From Gemmatimonadota bacterium (GTDB lineage: Bacteria > Gemmatimonadota > Gemmatimonadetes > Gemmatimonadales > Gemmatimonadaceae): DNA of 22,437 bases. Shown here piece after piece: positions 19,487-22,437 of the stretch; position 1 is the stretch's first letter, and each line of letters starts with the position of its first letter. The notes under the pieces are model-generated. The model ran no database searches. It was given only the letters and a program-made list of their open reading frames with translations, and was not told the DNA's origin. The translations under genes were made by a program, and so were the position numbers. Where the stretch lies: NCBI GenBank assembly GCA_031372565.1, contig JANMLN010000094.1, positions 1 to 22,437 of the forward strand, in the 5' to 3' direction.

Positions 19487-19702
19487 GCGGCGGTGATCGC
19501 GCCCGTGCCATCCTGCACCACGATCCCTTCGGCCATGACGTCGAAGGTCGCGCGCACGCGCTCGGCCACCTCCCGCGCCTGACGCGCGTCGCCCACGGCT
19601 TGCAGCCGGGAGCGCCGCTTCTTGAGCAGGAGCACCAGCTACTGCGCCAGCAGCTCGAGCATGCGCAACGGCTCGTCCGTCAGCGAGCGCGGTTCGTGGT
19701 CG
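19487..19702 (-). pseudogene. GAF-PAS junction fragment of a sensor protein
   Basis: DHEPRSLTDEPLRMLELLAQ*LVLLLKKRR (end of a GAF domain) then ERVRATFDVMAEGIVVQDGTGAITAA (start of a PAS domain). In-frame TAG at 19639-19641, truncated on both sides. Confidence 0.7.
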
Positions 19703-21232
19703 CTATTGGAAACGCAGGACGTCGTACAAGTCGCGCATCGGTCCCGATCCGTCGGAGTACAGCACTTTGCGACGATACAGGTCCACCTGAATGGAGACGT
19801 TGCGACTGTCGTCGCGCAGATACACCGACCAGTCGTCACGCGCGGTCTCGCGGAACTGGAAACGCACCTGGCCATCGGGCACGCTGCGCTCCACCCACGC
19901 GTTGGGGCGAATCTTCTCGAACACCGACGCGACGCTGCCCGATCCGATCGGTCCCACCTCGGCGCGCGTGGCGGTTCGGCCGGCCGGCACGTTCGGGCGC
20001 GCCGCGGGGGGCGTTGCCTGTGGTGCGGACGCCGGCGGGGCCGGCGCGGCGTTCGCACCGCCCACGAGTGTGCCGAACGGTGTGCGGTCGAGGTCCACAC
20101 GTCGCCGCCAGTAGGTGCCATCGGCGAAGCGCACGAACTCGCCTTCTTCCAGACGGCCCCGTCCGGGCGACGCATTGCTGAAGAACAACTCCTGCCCGAT
20201 CACGCGGAAGTTCACAGTGCGTTGCTTCGCGGGAGTACCCGGCGGGTCCGCCAGACTGATCTCGAGCAAGTCCGCACTGAGGTCCGAGCCTTGATTGGAC
20301 GGACGCACGCGAACGTCCGCCTGCACAAAGCTCCCACTGCCGCTCGACATCCAGGCCCAGCGGCCCATCAGGCTGTTCGGGTCCACCGCCGCCGGAGGCG
20401 CGACCACGGGAGCGGGGGGCGCGACGGCGCCGGTCGGTCCATCGGCCGCGGGGGCGCGCAGCGGGTTCGAGCCCGTCACCACGCCGTCCCCTTCCTGCAA
20501 CCACGACGATCCGTTGCTCCAGTCCACGCGGAGGCCGCGCGTGGTGCTCGAGACCGTGCCCGACTGGTTCCACGCGTCCACCGTGATCCGGTTGCCGACC
20601 CACCGCCCCGAGGCCTTGGCGCCGGTTGAGCTTTCCATCGTGACGTACGTGTCGGTGCGCCGCATCCCCCACGTGATCGCGGCACGCCGCCCCTGGCTGT
20701 CGAAGGCGCCGAAGTAGCGGACGTAGTCCGGACTGTCGCCGGCCCGCATCGCCGCATCGGGCGTGCGCGAGGGCGTCTGAACGGGAGCCGCGGGCGCCGG
20801 CGACGCAGGCAGCGTGGCAGCGGGCGACGGCGCTGGGGCGCCCGGCTTTGTCCAGAAGCTGCGATTCGACCAGTCGATCCGAAGCCCCGCGGGTTGCCGC
20901 GAGAGCGTCCCCGTCACATTCCACTCGGCCGCGATGATGCGATTCCCCTCGAGGCGAGCGGTCGAGCGGCTCCCCTGACCGTTGTCCAGCACCCAGGTGG
21001 CGCCTGTCTGGCGCACCTGAATGGGTGCGGACGACACCCGCACGCCGCGCATGTCAACGGCAGTCCAGGTGCCGGCCAAGTCCCAAGCGTCTTGGGGCGC
21101 CGAACCTCGAAGGCCGGACACGATCAAGCGGGGGTCGTGGGGCCTTGCACCAGCGACGTGAGGGAACACGGCCAGGCCGATCGCGAAGACGCCAACCGGG
21201 ATCCGCTTCGAGAGCCACTGAGGACGAGTCAT
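19703..21232 (-). CDS. Secreted modular protein with repeated beta domains and Pro/Ala-rich linkers, hypothetical
   Basis: Signal peptide ...GVFAIGLAVFPHVAGA. Repeats end LRIDWSNRSFW, LRVDWSNGSSW and VRFADGTYW. The C-domain contains FQFRETARDDWSVYLRDDSRNVSIQVDL. Confidence 0.85.
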   Translation of the reverse strand: MTRPQWLSKRIPVGVFAIGLAVFPHVAGARPHDPRLIVSGLRGSAPQDAWDLAGTWTAVDMRGVRVSSAPIQVRQTGATWVLDNGQGSRSTARLEGNRIIAAEWNVTGTLSRQPAGLRIDWSNRSFWTKPGAPAPSPAATLPASPAPAAPVQTPSRTPDAAMRAGDSPDYVRYFGAFDSQGRRAAITWGMRRTDTYVTMESSTGAKASGRWVGNRITVDAWNQSGTVSSTTRGLRVDWSNGSSWLQEGDGVVTGSNPLRAPAADGPTGAVAPPAPVVAPPAAVDPNSLMGRWAWMSSGSGSFVQADVRVRPSNQGSDLSADLLEISLADPPGTPAKQRTVNFRVIGQELFFSNASPGRGRLEEGEFVRFADGTYWRRRVDLDRTPFGTLVGGANAAPAPPASAPQATPPAARPNVPAGRTATRAEVGPIGSGSVASVFEKIRPNAWVERSVPDGQVRFQFRETARDDWSVYLRDDSRNVSIQVDLYRRKVLYSDGSGPMRDLYDVLRFQ

Positions 21233-21380
21233 GGTTGATTCCGGTATGCGTAGGGGTTCCCGCGATGGACGTCCTTGCCAGAAGATAGCACGAGAGGCGG
21301 CGGCGGCGTCTGTGGTCTACGGAATCACGGTCGGACGCACGAGACACGCTGTCACCACGCCACGACCGGATCCATGAAGC

Positions 21381-21658
21381 GCGCGCACACGCTCAACGTC
21401 CGCTCGCGCGATGGCTCGACGTTCACGCGGCGCTTCTTCACCAACGCGTGGCTCTGGGGCGCGATCGCGACGTGCATCGCGCTGCAAGTGGCGGCCGTCA
21501 CGGTGCCGCTGCTGGCGCGCGCGTTGCAGACGACCGCGCTCGTGGCCCGCGACTGAGGGCGCATTGCCGCGGCCTCGCTCGCCCCGGTGGCGGTGGTGGA
21601 GCTGGTCACGTGGTGGCAGCGCCCGGGTCGCGCGGCACCCAGCGGGCCCCCACCATGA
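21381..21658 (+). pseudogene. C-terminal fragment of a cation-transporting P-type ATPase (Ca2+/type II-like)
   Basis: HTLNVRS...FFTNAWLWGAIATCIALQVAAVTVPLLARALQTTAL..RD*GRIAAASLAPVAVVELV matches the Cation_ATPase_C tail. TGA at 21554-21556 sits where Trp is expected. No upstream domains. Confidence 0.8.
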
Positions 21659-22437
21659 GCGCCACGAGCGCCAGCGGGACGACGGCCATCCCGATCGTGA
21701 GCGACCATCCGTGCGCCACCGCACCCACGATGGGCGGACCAATGAGCGTGCCCACCGTGCCGACCGACGCCACCGAGGCGAGCGCGGCCGCCGCGCTCAC
21801 GCCGCGCACGCGCGCCGCCGTCGTGTACAACACGGGAATGACGGTCGCCATGCCGACGCCGGCGCACGCGAACCCCGCGAACAGGGCCCACGGGTGCGCG
21901 AGCAGGAGCGTTGCGCCGACGGCGGTGGCCGCGAGGCCGGTCCCGGCCGTGAGGATCCGCCGGGCGGACCAGCGCGCGCGCACGCGATCTCCCACGAGCC
22001 GCGTTGCGGCCATGGCCGATGCGAAGCTCACATACGCAAGCGCCGCCACGGCCTGCGGGAGCTGGAGCACGTCCTGCGCGTAGAGCACGCTCCAGTTGTA
22101 CATGATCCCTTCGGCCATCAGGCCAACAGCCACGAGCACGCCGATGGTGAGGAGCGGACCACGATGCGAGCGCGCGGCGTGTGCGCTCGGGGGTGCGACG
22201 GCGGGATGGGCGTCGAGCATCCCGCGCCCGGACAGCAGGAGGGCGACGCCGAGTGCGGCACCGAGCACCATCAGTTGCGTCGCCGCGGCCACCTCGAGAC
22301 GCAGCAGCCCCGCCGCGATCGCGGCCCCGGCCATGCCGCCCACGCTGAACATGGCGTGCAGCCCGCTCACGATGGGGCGCGCTTCGAGGCGCTCGAGCAG
22401 TGCGCTCTCCGTGTTCGCGGCCACGTCGAGCAGGCTG
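21606..22437 (-). CDS. MFS transporter (YbjJ-like), 5'-partial
   Basis: Motifs DVAAN..S.LLE....PIVSGLHAMFSVG, AEG.MYNWSVLY, MAATRLVGDR and GTLIGPPIVG. The ORF runs off the window end. Confidence 0.92.
   Translation of the reverse strand, partial: SLLDVAANTESALLERLEARPIVSGLHAMFSVGGMAGAAIAAGLLRLEVAAATQLMVLGAALGVALLLSGRGMLDAHPAVAPPSAHAARSHRGPLLTIGVLVAVGLMAEGIMYNWSVLYAQDVLQLPQAVAALAYVSFASAMAATRLVGDRVRARWSARRILTAGTGLAATAVGATLLLAHPWALFAGFACAGVGMATVIPVLYTTAARVRGVSAAAALASVASVGTVGTLIGPPIVGAVAHGWSLTIGMAVVPLALVALMVGARWVPRDPGAATT

Overview
High-GC bacterial accessory region, probably Gemmatimonadota (inferred from the style of the Ser/Thr kinase N-terminus and the Ig-like lipoprotein). About 15 apparently intact genes are present. 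They include a TetR gene divergent from a TAP-like alpha/beta hydrolase, a GlxA/FtrA-type AraC gene divergent from an exported rhodanese, an exported acetamidase/formamidase, a YdeI/OmpD protein, an Ig-like/beta-propeller lipoprotein, a secreted repeat protein, several membrane proteins and a partial MFS transporter. The spacers between them are largely debris: a comEC pseudogene, GT2, GAF-PAS and P-type ATPase fragments, a kinase with a nonsense codon, and short remnants of IS91-, IS481- and IS30-family elements. The most notable unannotated structure is a set of co-oriented, partly decayed integron attC-like sites between about 6.3 kb and 16.6 kb, with no integrase in the window. Three are near-complete and several are half or collapsed sites. 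This suggests an eroding CALIN-like cassette array that has been invaded by IS elements. All family assignments come from motif recognition by eye, not from database searches.
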